A stretch of 22,934 bases of DNA from Trypethelium eluteriae (taxonomy: Eukaryota), in assembly GCA_051942245.1 (NCBI GenBank), contig JAVECL010000036.1, forward strand, positions 62,001 to 84,934, read 5' to 3'. A program made the position numbers and the translations under genes. The notes under the pieces are model-generated. The model was not told the DNA's origin. It searched no databases and saw only the letters and a list, made by a program, of their open reading frames with translations. Positions 1 to 10,539 of the stretch are shown here, piece by piece; the first letter of the stretch is position 1, and every line of letters begins with the position of its first letter.

Positions 1-877
1 ATCGGTCTTCAATTCCTCAATGGTGGAGTTGAAAAATGATGCATGATTAGCGAAACGAGAACCTTCGGGAATACCGTCGTTGTATTTTCCAGTCAAGAGG
101 CCAGAAGCAAGAGGTGACCAGATCGTAGTACCGTATTGATATTGCTTGTATAATGGGTCATATTCGACTTCAAAGCGCTCCCGGTGAAACATGTTGTATT
201 GAGGCTGTTCAGCGATTGGCGCAATGAGATTGTATTTCTCCGCAACAAGGTTGGCTTCACTGATTTGTTGAGCTGACCATTCCGACGTACCCCAGTAATA
301 GGCAAGATTTTGATTGCGGATCACCTGTGTGAAACCCTCAACAATCTCCTTCATGGGAGTTGCGTAATCAGGACGGTGAGCAAGCACAATGTCGACGTAT
401 GGTTGTTGTAATCGCTTTAGGGAAGATTTCAGTCCCTCGACAACATGTTTCTTGGACAAGCCTCGGGTATTGGGTTCTTTACGTGAGGTACCGAAGAAAA
501 TCTTGGTTGCGAGGACGTATTCGTCTCTTGGCCAAGCAAGTTCCTTGAGTGCTTGGCCCATCTCAATTTCGCATTGGCCCGAAGCATAGACCTCAGCCGT
601 GTCGAAAAAATTGATTCCATTATCCCAAGCAGCTTGCAGACATTCTTTCACGATATTACCCTTCTGAGTGCCGCCATAAGTAAGCCATCCACCGAGAGAG
701 AAGACGGAGACTTTGAGACCTGAAGGGCCCAAGTGGCGAAAGATCTGGGGACTTAGAATTAGCGAACATGATTTACTCGTAGAGTAACGTTACACTCTCT
801 CGTAGTTTACTTGAGACTGACGCGGGCGGTTTGAGACATACCATATCCTTGGGATCATACTTGGATTCGACAGCCAT
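1..877 (-). CDS. Aldo-keto reductase, voltage-gated K+ channel beta-subunit-like (AKR6-like); 3' end runs off the window
   Basis: Manual translation (absent from the ORF track). Exon 1 877-842 ([12 protein letters not shown]); intron 841-745 (GTATGT...GCTAAT...CAG); exon 2 744-1 open to the edge: [24 protein letters not shown]...[11 protein letters not shown]...ATKIFFG...[32 protein letters not shown]...YWGTSEWSA...[12 protein letters not shown]...[13 protein letters not shown]. These are Kv-beta/AKR hallmark motifs. Confidence 0.95.
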
Positions 878-1754
878 TGTCGCAAAGCTCTATGAATTGA
901 GTACTGGGACAACAAGAAATAGAATCAATGGAAGAACTGCAGCTGGGAATATGGCCGGGTGGTATGATCAAGACGAGAGCGAGAGATCTGAAAGAAAAGA
1001 AAAAGAGGCTTTTGGAAGGACCTGTGCTCTTTAAGTACACAATGTGATTGGTAAAGTTATAGGAAGGTTGACATACAATTGCGGGGCAATTAACTACCGT
1101 TGCAACCCCTGTGAGGCAAAAAACATGCATCATACTACGTACGGTACCCACCAGTACCTTTCTTTCGATCCATGACGCAAGGGCCGAGCCTATGAGAAGC
1201 CCCACGCGGGACGTTCTAAGCTAGCACGGGAAGGCATCTCCACACCGCTCTGCAGGTATCACTGCTCGTGGAAGTGTTGGTGGGCCGCGGAAATAACGAG
1301 AGAAGGAAAGTTTTGCATCGAAAGATTGGAGAATTCATCCTCTCAACGCTCAAGTGTCTCGGTCTCGGGAAAGTGCAAGGCTCTTCATCCTTCTACCTCA
1401 CTCAAATGTCTGTGAGATGCGCACCTTCTTGCAGACCAGGCGAAAGAGAGGTAATTAGGTAGTTATTCGGTGTATTGCTCCAGTGTTATCTGCAGGAACC
1501 CGAAAGTACCTGTACTCTAAATCAGCAAGGCCCTTTGACCGCCCTGGCAGAACGCTGTCCGTGCTTGCAGGAGGAAATAAGTCCTTTATGCGACCTTGAC
1601 CATTCCAAACCTGAGAAGTCCACTTTTCTGATCCCGTGTACATACTCAGATACTCTCGAATCGTCTCAAATTCCTACTTCAAGGTGTTATTCGGCTCTTT
1701 GGTGGATAATCCTTTTGGTAATGCTCTGTCACCTTCCTAGTCAACTGCAGCAAA

Positions 1755-2702
1755 ATGGCCCCAACCGCAGCGCAAGATGAAGAGGACGACTACATGACTA
1801 TGCTCATTCCCGATGATGCCGTTCCAAGAAATGAAACCTCTATCCAACGCCGTGCTCGAAAACAACGGGAAGCTGAACAGCGCGCACATCCAAAAACCAA
1901 ATCCGAACTCGAACGTGAGGCTCGTGAGACTCGAGACTCTGCCCTATCCTCCTCTATTCTGACTTCCAACCCCGATAACAAAGGTGCGAAGATGATGGCC
2001 AAGCTGGGGTACAAAACGGGGCCTCTAGGTGCTGGTGGAGATCCCAATGCAAGGATGGAACCAATAAGTCTAGCAATGAAGGAGGATAAGAGTGGTATCG
2101 GGCATATCAGTGAGGCGAAGAGAAAGTTTAGAGAGGAAGCCGAAGCACTTAAGATAGATATGAAGAAAAGAAAAGTCAATGAGGAGGAGTTTCAAGAGAG
2201 GGTGAGAGCCGAGCAGCAAGAGAAGAGGATGGAAGGCCAGCTCTGGGCCGCTATGAAGATTGCAGAGAAACTTGAAGGGCCAGAGGAAAGTGTGCGGGAG
2301 GAAGAGAAGCCAGGATCCGACGATGAATCGAAGTTGAGGCCACTCACGAGCATCCCTGTCGTTTGGCGAGAGCTGGTAAGACGTGGGATTGAACAAGACC
2401 GCCAGAACCATGCTCAGCGGATGATGAGAGAATCTCTTCCTCAGGCTCGCCTCTCGGTCTCCAACAACCTAGATGAAGATGAAGACGAAGATGATGCACA
2501 AGCGTTTGGCACCGTGGAAGAAGAGATAGAGGAAGAGGATCCGGAATTAGACCAGTTCAACGCTCTGTATGTGGGCGACAGGTTAGATAAGGTCATTGCT
2601 TATCTACGGGAGAAGAATCGATACTGCTTCTGGTGTAAATACCAATATCCGAACGAGGAAATGGAGGGTTGCCCGGGTTTGACCGAAGACGAACACGGCT
2701 AG
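1755..2702 (+). CDS. G-patch domain protein with C-terminal DUF4187-type Cys motif (GPATCH11/CCDC75-like), 315 aa, intronless
   Basis: G-patch NKGAKMMAKLGYKTGPLGAGG...EPISLAMKEDKSGIG; N-terminal EEDDYM; coiled-coil and acidic segments; C-terminal YLREKNRYCFWCKYQY...CPGLTEDEH. Confidence 0.92.
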   Translation: MAPTAAQDEEDDYMTMLIPDDAVPRNETSIQRRARKQREAEQRAHPKTKSELEREARETRDSALSSSILTSNPDNKGAKMMAKLGYKTGPLGAGGDPNARMEPISLAMKEDKSGIGHISEAKRKFREEAEALKIDMKKRKVNEEEFQERVRAEQQEKRMEGQLWAAMKIAEKLEGPEESVREEEKPGSDDESKLRPLTSIPVVWRELVRRGIEQDRQNHAQRMMRESLPQARLSVSNNLDEDEDEDDAQAFGTVEEEIEEEDPELDQFNALYVGDRLDKVIAYLREKNRYCFWCKYQYPNEEMEGCPGLTEDEHG

Positions 2703-3395
2703 GATGAGTTGTGATTTTCAACTTATACTTTCTTCTTGACCAATCATGCCATATGCTATTCAGCGGCAGTGAACTCGAGGCTTTAGATACTTGAGGTCTC
2801 TTGAGGTTGGGCATGCATCTTGGTAAGGACACTGAGGCTTCTGCTGTTCCCGAAAAGCCCGATCCTCGAGCCCAGCTTTTACTGTCAGCAGAGACGTTAT
2901 GTTTCGTCTATGTCGTGCGCTTAATTTTGCAAAAGTCATTTTCTTCATTGAGATTCACAGGCTGGAGCCCGCCTCCCTTGCTTATGTGAATCCTAGTTCT
3001 TGATGGCATGAAATAAACCGATAATATGCTCTGTTTACCAAAAGCTTTGGTTCATTCCTCAATGGAATCCTCTCAGAGAAATATGAATACATACGAGGGC
3101 GCCCCCAGGTCTGTTGACACATTAGATATGGACGCAGGCGACTGTTGGTACAAGGCAAATAGCCCAAAGCCCGTGTCTCAAGATGTGGGAAACGTTCAAA
3201 GCTTGGGCTTTATTGATCAAGAGTCGAGGATGTGACGTTGAGTGGTTCACGGAAAAGATTGGCTCGATGCTGTCATGTGTTTAAGACCTTTCATACAGGA
3301 TCTTCTCCCTTTCGCACTAATTGCAACATTTGCACAATCACCATCATCGAAGGCTTTCGAGGTATCAAAGACATGTATATCAGCTCTCAACTACA

Positions 3396-4492
3396 CTACG
3401 ATGCAGCTAATTGGTTGGCAAGTTGTGCCCCACTCGCGTTGTGTACAGGAAAGACTGGATGCAAGGTGTTCAACCAGAAGTACTCCTGGACCGGAATTCC
3501 GCAGCTCGGATCTAGGTAGTCCTCTGTCGGTGTCCCATTTTCGTAGGCTGTACAGTAGTTTGTCGTATTTAATATGCCGCTGCTTTGGGTATACGTTTTG
3601 GGGTTCTTGATAATATTCTCAAACACATTGTGGATATCAAAGACAAATGTAGTGGCATCGCTGTGGTTGGCAGTAAAATTAGACGCCAGTCCTGAAATCT
3701 TATTATTGAAGTACGAGATCCATGTGTTCTCCTGTTGCGAAGCCGAAGAACCATAAGTAATAGCGGTTCCGGGTGAAAGATCGACAGGTGGGACGTTGAG
3801 GAAGAGGAAGTTGCGTCCGCCGGTTTGGTAAATCTGTGAAGTATTCAGTGAGCATGAAATGGACAATCTACGAAACCTGTCGTCAGAAAACACACCTTCT
3901 CAACAAGGCCAGCATATTCTGAGATGATTACATCGTAAAGAGTTGCGTTTTGGTTATAGTATGAGTTCCCAATATCATTGATGCCAAAGAAGAAGGAGAA
4001 AATGCTATTCGATGAAGTCCAGCCCACAGTATTATTTGATCCAGTATATATTGGTAGATATTCTTGGTTCACCTGATCGATGAAGGAGAGCACCGTCGAC
4101 TCGTATGGTGCTACAAGGCTCGCATCTACAGTGGCACCTCCGTATGCTAGATTGTAAACATCGATGAAGCTTTCGTTGTACGTTGTAGTCACGAAATCGA
4201 GCCAGTTCGGTCCATTGGAAGATGTGTAACCGGGGTAAGCCGGATTCCCGAATGGATTGCTAGGACTTGGTTGTGCACCTGTGGGGACGAAGCCAGTCTG
4301 TGTATATGAATCACCACTACAGTTCTTAGCTTGTGGAGAAAATCTCTGATCAATGAACAATTCCTACAAAGAAAACCATTTCTGCACGCCTTTGAAGCCG
4401 CTCCAATACTTAGCACGACGTTGTACCGGACTTGACGATACCGATGACGCGAGCAATAGTAGCGTAATACTGAAGCTTGATAGAGAATGCAT
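3396..4492 (-). CDS. Secreted SGNH/GDSL hydrolase, carbohydrate esterase family 16 (acetylesterase)-like, about 327 aa, 3 exons
   Basis: Exons 4492-4368, 4316-3896, 3833-3396. Introns 4367-4317 (GTAGGA...GCTAAG...TAG) and 3895-3834 (GTGTGT...CAG). Signal peptide MHSLSSFSITLLLLASSVSS; splicing creates block I FSFGDSYT; also SNGPNW, NLAYGGATVD, FFGINDI, GGRNFLFLNVPP and FWLNTLHP. Confidence 0.92.
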
Positions 4493-4663
4493 TTTTGCAA
4501 AGAAAAGACCGAATGTCAAACGCAAGTAGAATGGATCGAATGATTAAAGAAATTGCAATTGCGAGGGCTTAAGATATCTTTTCACACTTACTCTGCCTAT
4601 ATCATCCCGGTTTAATGCCGTCCAATCTTAACATATTGCGGCTATGGAAATGCATTCTGGACA

Positions 4664-4880
4664 TTAGCCCTGTGCGATGGACTGGTCAGGAGGACGTAAC
4701 AAGAATTAACAGAAGAAAAGAGTTTTCTTCCAGAGCGAAGGGTCGGAAGACGAACAATTCCTCCAATCGGAGTGCTCATCTCAAACCCCTGTCTCCATCG
4801 CAATCCGTCTAACCGTTCAACCGTAAATGAAGCCCTACACTTCGTAAGGCTAGAATGTTCAAGTGTAAGGCATTTACCCG
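4664..4880 (-). promoter_or_regulatory. Candidate XlnR/AraR-type and other Zn2Cys6 sites upstream of the CE16 esterase
   Basis: GGCTAA (- strand, 4664-4669), GGCTAG (+, 4848-4853), CGGGTAAA (- strand, 4873-4880; fits CGGNTAAW) and three CCGT units at 8-bp period (4805, 4813, 4821). Motif match only, but consistent with a hemicellulose-acting gene. Confidence 0.4.
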
Positions 4881-4892
4881 TTAGCAATGCAG

Positions 4893-5229
4893 GTGCAATG
4901 TGGAGTGCGTCCGCCACAAAAGATCGGCTCGGAATTTTGGGAACCCTACAGAACTTGTGCATTGAAGTGGCATACTGGTGTTGCCAATTGGTTTGCAGAG
5001 CGTGTGCTCCTGTGACTCAATCTGATAGAAGTTCAGAGGCCTCCAAGGTATTTTCTCTATGTTTGAATCTAAGAATACTGGAACAGACCATACTGTTGAA
5101 GATCCGGTCGAAGACAGTACTAGAGATCCGGAGAACATGCCAATCTAGTATCTCCTCGTATTCCTTTGTTCGACAACGCGAGAAGTACTGAATATTATGT
5201 CTCAAAATTCCACTAGGTGTCGTGTCATA
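4893..5229 (-). pseudogene. Possible decayed BTB/POZ-domain gene fragment
   Basis: One frame reads YDTTPSGILRHNIQ...EEILDWHVLRISSTVFDRIFNS...ELLSD*...SMHKFCRVPKIPSRSFVADALHIA. By eye this resembles the fungal BTB pattern DPxGDLxLxV...FxVsxxVLxxxSPVFxxMF...LxxD...HxxxxxVP. In-frame TGA at 5017-5019. Pattern recognition only. Confidence 0.3.
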
Positions 5230-5930
5230 CTGGAGATCATCGGCGCTGTGTAGAGTGATATTGGTAGGATTAGAGTCTTCGGCTCGTTTGGACTTCTGTA
5301 GCTTTCTCATTTATGATCCTAGTTGGCACGAATGTACCACACTCAAAGTTTCCTCAAGATTTTCCATATGCCCATCAGGTCCTCAGCTGTCTCTTTGTCT
5401 ACCTATGGTTCTCGAGTTGGAAATCTGTCGCTGTATAGGAGTCTTCGGTCTTATCTCGGGGCGCGAGGAGTTTTGTTGCCATCTCCGAGAGCATCAAATG
5501 AAACTGAAGTTCAATACTGTCGTTTCCGTACAACTTGTATCCTGCTTTGAGGTAGAATTATCTTTATGCTGATGGATATATGACCCGGCCGATCTGATTT
5601 AAGAGCCCTAAGACTGAGCCTGATGATGCTGAAGCAATATCCAAGAAATCTTTATCCCCGAGCCTTCGGAGAAGTCACTTCGGCCGAGATGATCAAACCG
5701 CGCAATGGTTGCTACCTAGACAAGACAAATTTAGCACTGCCTATATAATCGGGGCTTTCGGTATTTCCTCGTCTTCTTCCTGAGTAGACCGGATTTTATA
5801 TCATCGAATTCGCATGAGTACTAAGTTCTATATCTTCTCTTACAAAGATTTGATCGAAGATTACATCTCCTGTTCGTCCTGTTTTCCCAAATACGAAGTA
5901 CTCACTTGAAAATCTCAAGATCTCAGCCAA

Positions 5931-6461
5931 ATGCCTGGAGCGGCATCTTTTACGGATCATTATTGTGTCATCCTCAATATTCTCACCAATCTTGCCTACA
6001 CTCAAGATAGCCTTGACATGAGTCTCTGCAAGTCGCTCTTCATTCAGGACTCCCCAGTCTTCTACGATACATCTGATCATACCGGCTCTCACGATTCGTA
6101 TTCCATGCTTGCTGTAGACTTTGTAGAGCATGTGTGGATGGCTTTGCGCGAGTTCGATGCCACACAACACGTGTTGAGTAGCCCTCAGATCAACATCGAT
6201 AAATCAGGAATGGCGGCTCAGGCAAAGGTCGCCGTAGATGTGTTTCACCTTTTGAGGCCCAGCGAGGCATGGAAATGTGACTACATGATGATGAATGTGA
6301 CATGGAGTGTTGGTTTGATCAGAGAGGGAGAAAGGTTGTTGATCAAAAGCGTCCTTGTCGAAAAACCATTTCCACTTGAAGAGGACCCGAGCTTGCATGT
6401 GGCATCCCATCCAAAAGTCATAGCAGGTGACGTTCGGGAAAGTTCAAGCACAGAATTCTGA
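5931..6461 (+). CDS. SnoaL-like / NTF2-fold protein (dehydratase/cyclase-like), 176 aa, intronless
   Basis: Clean ORF with AAAATG-like context; TATA-like CTATATAA at 5740-5747. The pattern LAYTQDSLD...LF...FDATQHVLSSPQINID...A.AKVAV..FH...L.R.G...LIK matches SnoaL_4/scytalone-dehydratase-like proteins from memory. Confidence 0.65.
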   Translation: MPGAASFTDHYCVILNILTNLAYTQDSLDMSLCKSLFIQDSPVFYDTSDHTGSHDSYSMLAVDFVEHVWMALREFDATQHVLSSPQINIDKSGMAAQAKVAVDVFHLLRPSEAWKCDYMMMNVTWSVGLIREGERLLIKSVLVEKPFPLEEDPSLHVASHPKVIAGDVRESSSTEF

Positions 6462-7288
6462 TAAACTACAAACAAGAAGTTCAGTCCTTGGTCGGAGTTG
6501 AATGAAGGTCGAGCATAGTGACTGTACTGCAGCCATACGACTGGACACCAACTAAATAACCAACTGCTCCTTACGCTGACCACCGATATCTCGGTCGTAT
6601 TCTTCGTCCGTATCATCGCCGACCATGCTATCAGCTGCTCAGCTGGAAACTCCGTCTTGCTCCTCTTAAGTCCTGGGATACTTGGGAGGCAGGTTCCGAC
6701 AGCGTTTTGGTGGGTGGTGGCACCCTCGGTAATAAATTCTGGCATGGCCGCCAGCGAGTTCTTCACATTTGTGCTCAGTTGTTCACCATGCTGTTCAATG
6801 GGATTCTGGGTCGGGGTAACCTTCATTGGAGGAGGCACGAGTGACGAAACAGATCTGCGATTTTATCCCTAGCCTATACGAGGCTGTCAACACTCTTGTC
6901 AAGCTATGCATGATACAGCATTACAAAAGGATGCTTTGGCCTTCGAACCCGACTCACACATGCAACTCGGACCCAGTCAAGACCCTGTTTCGAAAAAGAC
7001 GTTGATCTGGTCATCAAAGCGTTCCAGCGAGACGGCTCTGTAGGACTGCGAATGGCGGCTTCTGGAGGTCCGTTACCGAGCATCATGGCGCTCATCATCC
7101 GTTGATCAATCTCCTTCATGTTCACGGAGAAGACATGCTACGGTGATTTTGGACTTGTGTACGGCATTTGGAAAGGGATTGATCTTGGTTCGCGTGTATT
7201 GGATATGGCGATGCTCAATATGTTTGCAATTGACCCGGTGGTCGATACGAGAAAGCCTCCTTTCGCACTCTTCAAACATTATGGAGTG

Positions 7289-8119
7289 CTAGTATTTTTG
7301 CCGTTGTATTGAATGAAAAAACAGATCATACACAACGAGAAAGTAGTTCATCCCGGCGAAGATTACGAAGACTGTGAGGAAAATTGCAATCTGCCATTTG
7401 TCATTAGCTAGGTCTGGGAAGGATTCCGTGAGTTTTACCTTTTGACTATCACTATCGAGGTTGAAGTTCGCGTTTGCGGCATCTTCCCAGGCCTGTGCCA
7501 GCAGCCCAATTAGATAGAGAACGACGCTGAGCTTGAGTAACATTGCAGGCATGCCCCAAATCAATGGCTGAAAAGTTCTCGGGAGCCATCTTCGTGTAAT
7601 ATGACTGTCGTCGGAAGGGAGCGATTTTTCTTTACCAATGGTATGCAACACATTAGTGCAAACTGAAGGGCTACATTTTAGTCGAAGTAATGCGGAGCTC
7701 TGCAGTGCAGTCGTCATGCATGTCATCAAGGAAAGGGCGAGTGCGCTGAGCCAGGTCGCTTTAGTGATCCAGATAACAGTCGGTATATTGTACCAGGAGT
7801 AAGAACTAGCAACGACTCCTGCAATCAGAGCACCCTAAAGAGATTCTCAGCCTTGATAGATCTGTTAATGAAACAAAAGTTAGAAAAAGGGAGAAGATAC
7901 ACTTAACCCAACAGTCTTGAGATTCGACAACATCGTCCTCATGTAAGTTTGAACCATTTGCTCCTGTCTAATCTTATCTGGTTCATTGAGAAGATCGTTG
8001 ATAGTTCCGTATAACCAACTCCAGGGAACGATTAGGTCAACTCCAAAGCGGAAGGCTGAGGTTGCGAAATTGACCATTGAACTTGACAATTGGACTGAAA
8101 AGCCCTTCAGCTTATCCAT
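7289..8119 (-). CDS. Uncharacterised fungal integral membrane protein, about 238 aa, about 4 TM segments, 3 exons
   Basis: Exons 8119-7901, 7834-7439, 7390-7289. Introns 7900-7835 (GTATCT...TTTAG, weak donor) and 7438-7391 (GTAAAA...GCTAAT...CAG). The spliced frame stays open: ...LKTVGLS|GALIAGVVASSYSW...ATWLSALALSLMTC...IWGMPAMLLKLSVVLYLIGLLA...SQK|IAIFLTVFVIFAGMNYFLVV. TATA-like sequence at about 8143-8149. Confidence 0.75.
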
Positions 8120-8698
8120 TCTTGGGAATTAGGAAGGTTTTGATATATAAGTCGTGAAGAAATGAAATAGGTTAACACTGAATCTCTCAAAATTGTATTA
8201 ATTCTGCGATTGAATGTTAAATGCAAGCTGCCGTCAGTACCTACCTACACATGGTGCTTCGTCATCGCCTAGGCAGCAAGCAAGCATTGAATCAGAGGCT
8301 GAATTTCGAGATAGATCAGCCAATAAGGTCCAATAGCCTCGTTGGTATCTTACACAACTGGTACGTGAAAGAAGCAAAGCATATGTTGGTGGTGCATTGT
8401 GCCTGGCCCCACCGCTGCTACCACTTTTGTGACTGCTGGTAATTCGACTGCTTAAGCTCGGGCCCGATCCTAATTGCGGGCTGAAGCGAGACATAAGTCG
8501 CTATTGTGAGCTTGGTAGCTACGCAGGAAATAAGTAGGTACAGTATCCAAGTCCTTTCAGGGTCAGGCGGCTGCACCGTTGATAAGAACGTGTTCTGTCT
8601 CAAGTTTCCCCGCAATTCGTCATTGTGCAACGGCTTGGCCTGCCGCCGTCGTTGTCCCTGCTTTTCATGCAACTGCAAACGAAGGTTTCTGCCATACT

Positions 8699-10539
8699 AT
8701 GGCCGATTCACTAAAGACCCCAACGGCAGAGGAGCTACGTGAGATTGCTGCGAAGCAAGATGCTAGACGACGCGAGATCGAGGACGCGCGGAGGGCAAAA
8801 GAAGATGGTGAGGAGGAGCAGGCGGCGGAAATGATCCAACGCAATTACAGAGGTTACCGAGCAAGGAGACAGCTCAAGGGAATGGGTCTGGATTCATCTA
8901 CACGTTGGATAGAAGTAAGTTCTCTCATTCTGCCGATGCTATCTCGCAAAGAACCGTGACTAATATCTCGGATAGGCAGTCAAAGAAGGTACCGGAGCTC
9001 GAAGAACATGTCCTGTCTGTGTAAAGTTCTAAAGGAATCTCAGCACAATACCGAAGTCGGATCCAGCCAAAATCAACACGAAAACATGCCGCAGTATCTC
9101 CTTCAACCATTGCAGATAAGAGCTCGCCTGATCCTTCACAACGTTACCGCAGTTCCTCGGATGCGCTGCAGCATTGGAAAAAAGCTACTACAATTGCGAA
9201 ACACGCTGGCTCAGATGATACGTCAGACACTAGTGGTGAGGAGGGTATGACCGAATCACAACTCCAAGAACATCGATCCAAGAAGCGCGAACGTAAGCGG
9301 GAACGCGAGAAATGGGCCAAGATGATGGATCTACAATACTTTCTAGAAATGGTAGATCAGAAACATCGGTATGGAAGTAATTTACGAGCATATCATGCAG
9401 AATGGAAGAAAGCCGACACAAATGAGAATTTCTTTTACTGGCTTGACGAAGGTGCTGGACGTAATGTTGAACTTCCTACAGTTTCTCGGGAACGACTGGA
9501 CAGAGAGCAAGTCAGATACCTTTCTAGAGAAGAGCGGCAACAGTATCTAGTGTCTGTCAATAAAGAGGGACTACTTTGTTGGGCCAAGAATGGGGAAAGA
9601 ATCAGTACAACAGTCGACTTTAAGGATAGCGTGCATGGAATCGTTGATAAGAATGATTCGACGCCGACATATAGGGAAGCTACTGGAGAGAATCATCCTG
9701 ATTCTTCAGACGATGAGGATACGGAATCGGAAGCTGGAAGTAGTGTGGTTTCACATGAAGGCGACCATTACGTGAATCATGAATTGGAGGAAGCAAAAGG
9801 ACTTCACAAGGTGCAACATGTCTCAGCTTCTACCATCATGAATCATCTCTTACGGAAATCCGTCAAACCAAATAGCTGGATCTTCGTTGCCGATACATCA
9901 TTTCGTTTGTACGTCGGCATAAAGCAATCCGGTGCATTTCAGCACTCAAGTTTCCTTCAAGGTAATCGTCCTGTGACTGAATTGCTTTCGATGTAATTAC
10001 TCTACTAACAATCGAACTTTCTAGGCCAACGCCTCCTGGCTGCGGGTCTTATTAAAATCAAGTCTGGTCAACTCCGTCGTCTTTCTCCTCTTTCCGGACA
10101 TTATCGACCTCCGACCTCCAACTTTCGCGCATTTGTTCATGCGTTGAAGGAAGAAGGTGTTGACATGAGTCATGTCTCCATCTCGCGCTCCTATGCTATC
10201 CTTGTTGGTCTCGAGGCTTATGTCAAAACACGCAAGAAGGTCAAACATGGAGTCAGTAAGATTGAAGAGAAGAAGGAAGAAGTCCTCCACCCAGAAGAAG
10301 TGGCAAAACAAAGGGAGAAGGAAAGAGATAAAACAAAAAGTGCCGAGAAGGAAAGAAAAGTCTTGGAGGAAAAGAGAAAGAAGGATGAAGAAGAGAAAAG
10401 GAAGAGAAGTTGGAGTGTGAGATTGAAGAATCGACTGGGTATTGGAGGTGAGAAAAGCAAAGATGAAGGTCCCGTGAGAATAGATAAGAAAGAAGGTGAA
10501 GATATTGAAGATGGTATTGCACCAGATGGAAAGAGATAA
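8699..10539 (+). CDS. IQ calmodulin-binding motif protein (homologous to the plant IQM family), about 553 aa, 4 exons
   Basis: Exons 8699-8914, 8976-8988 (13 nt), 9044-9961, 10025-10539; all introns GT-AG. IQ motif AAEMIQRNYRGYRARRQL. IQM-like core LQYFLEMVDQKHRYGSNLRAYH...FFYWLDEGAG...YLSREER, then WIFVAD...FQHSSFLQGQRLLAAG...LSPLSGHYRP. Lys/Glu-rich tail. Confidence 0.92.

Noticed and set aside
781..798. Imperfect palindrome AGAGTAACGTTACACTCT inside the AKR intron
   Set aside because: Only a 10-bp perfect core, compatible with chance; no other ncRNA features.
1451..1495. Possible 5' UTR intron (GTAATT...CTGCAG) upstream of the G-patch gene
   Set aside because: No convincing branch point; cannot be supported without transcripts.
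1790..2411. Antisense ORFs over the G-patch gene
   Set aside because: Shadow frames of a real Lys/Glu-rich CDS.
2760..3395. Short ORFs between the convergent G-patch and esterase genes
   Set aside because: No recognisable domains or consistent splice structure; likely 3' UTR or intergenic.
6281..6838. 185-aa minus-strand ORF as an intact gene
   Set aside because: Non-ATG start in the track, overlaps the SnoaL ORF antisense, and no family signal; kept only as a low-interest decay candidate.
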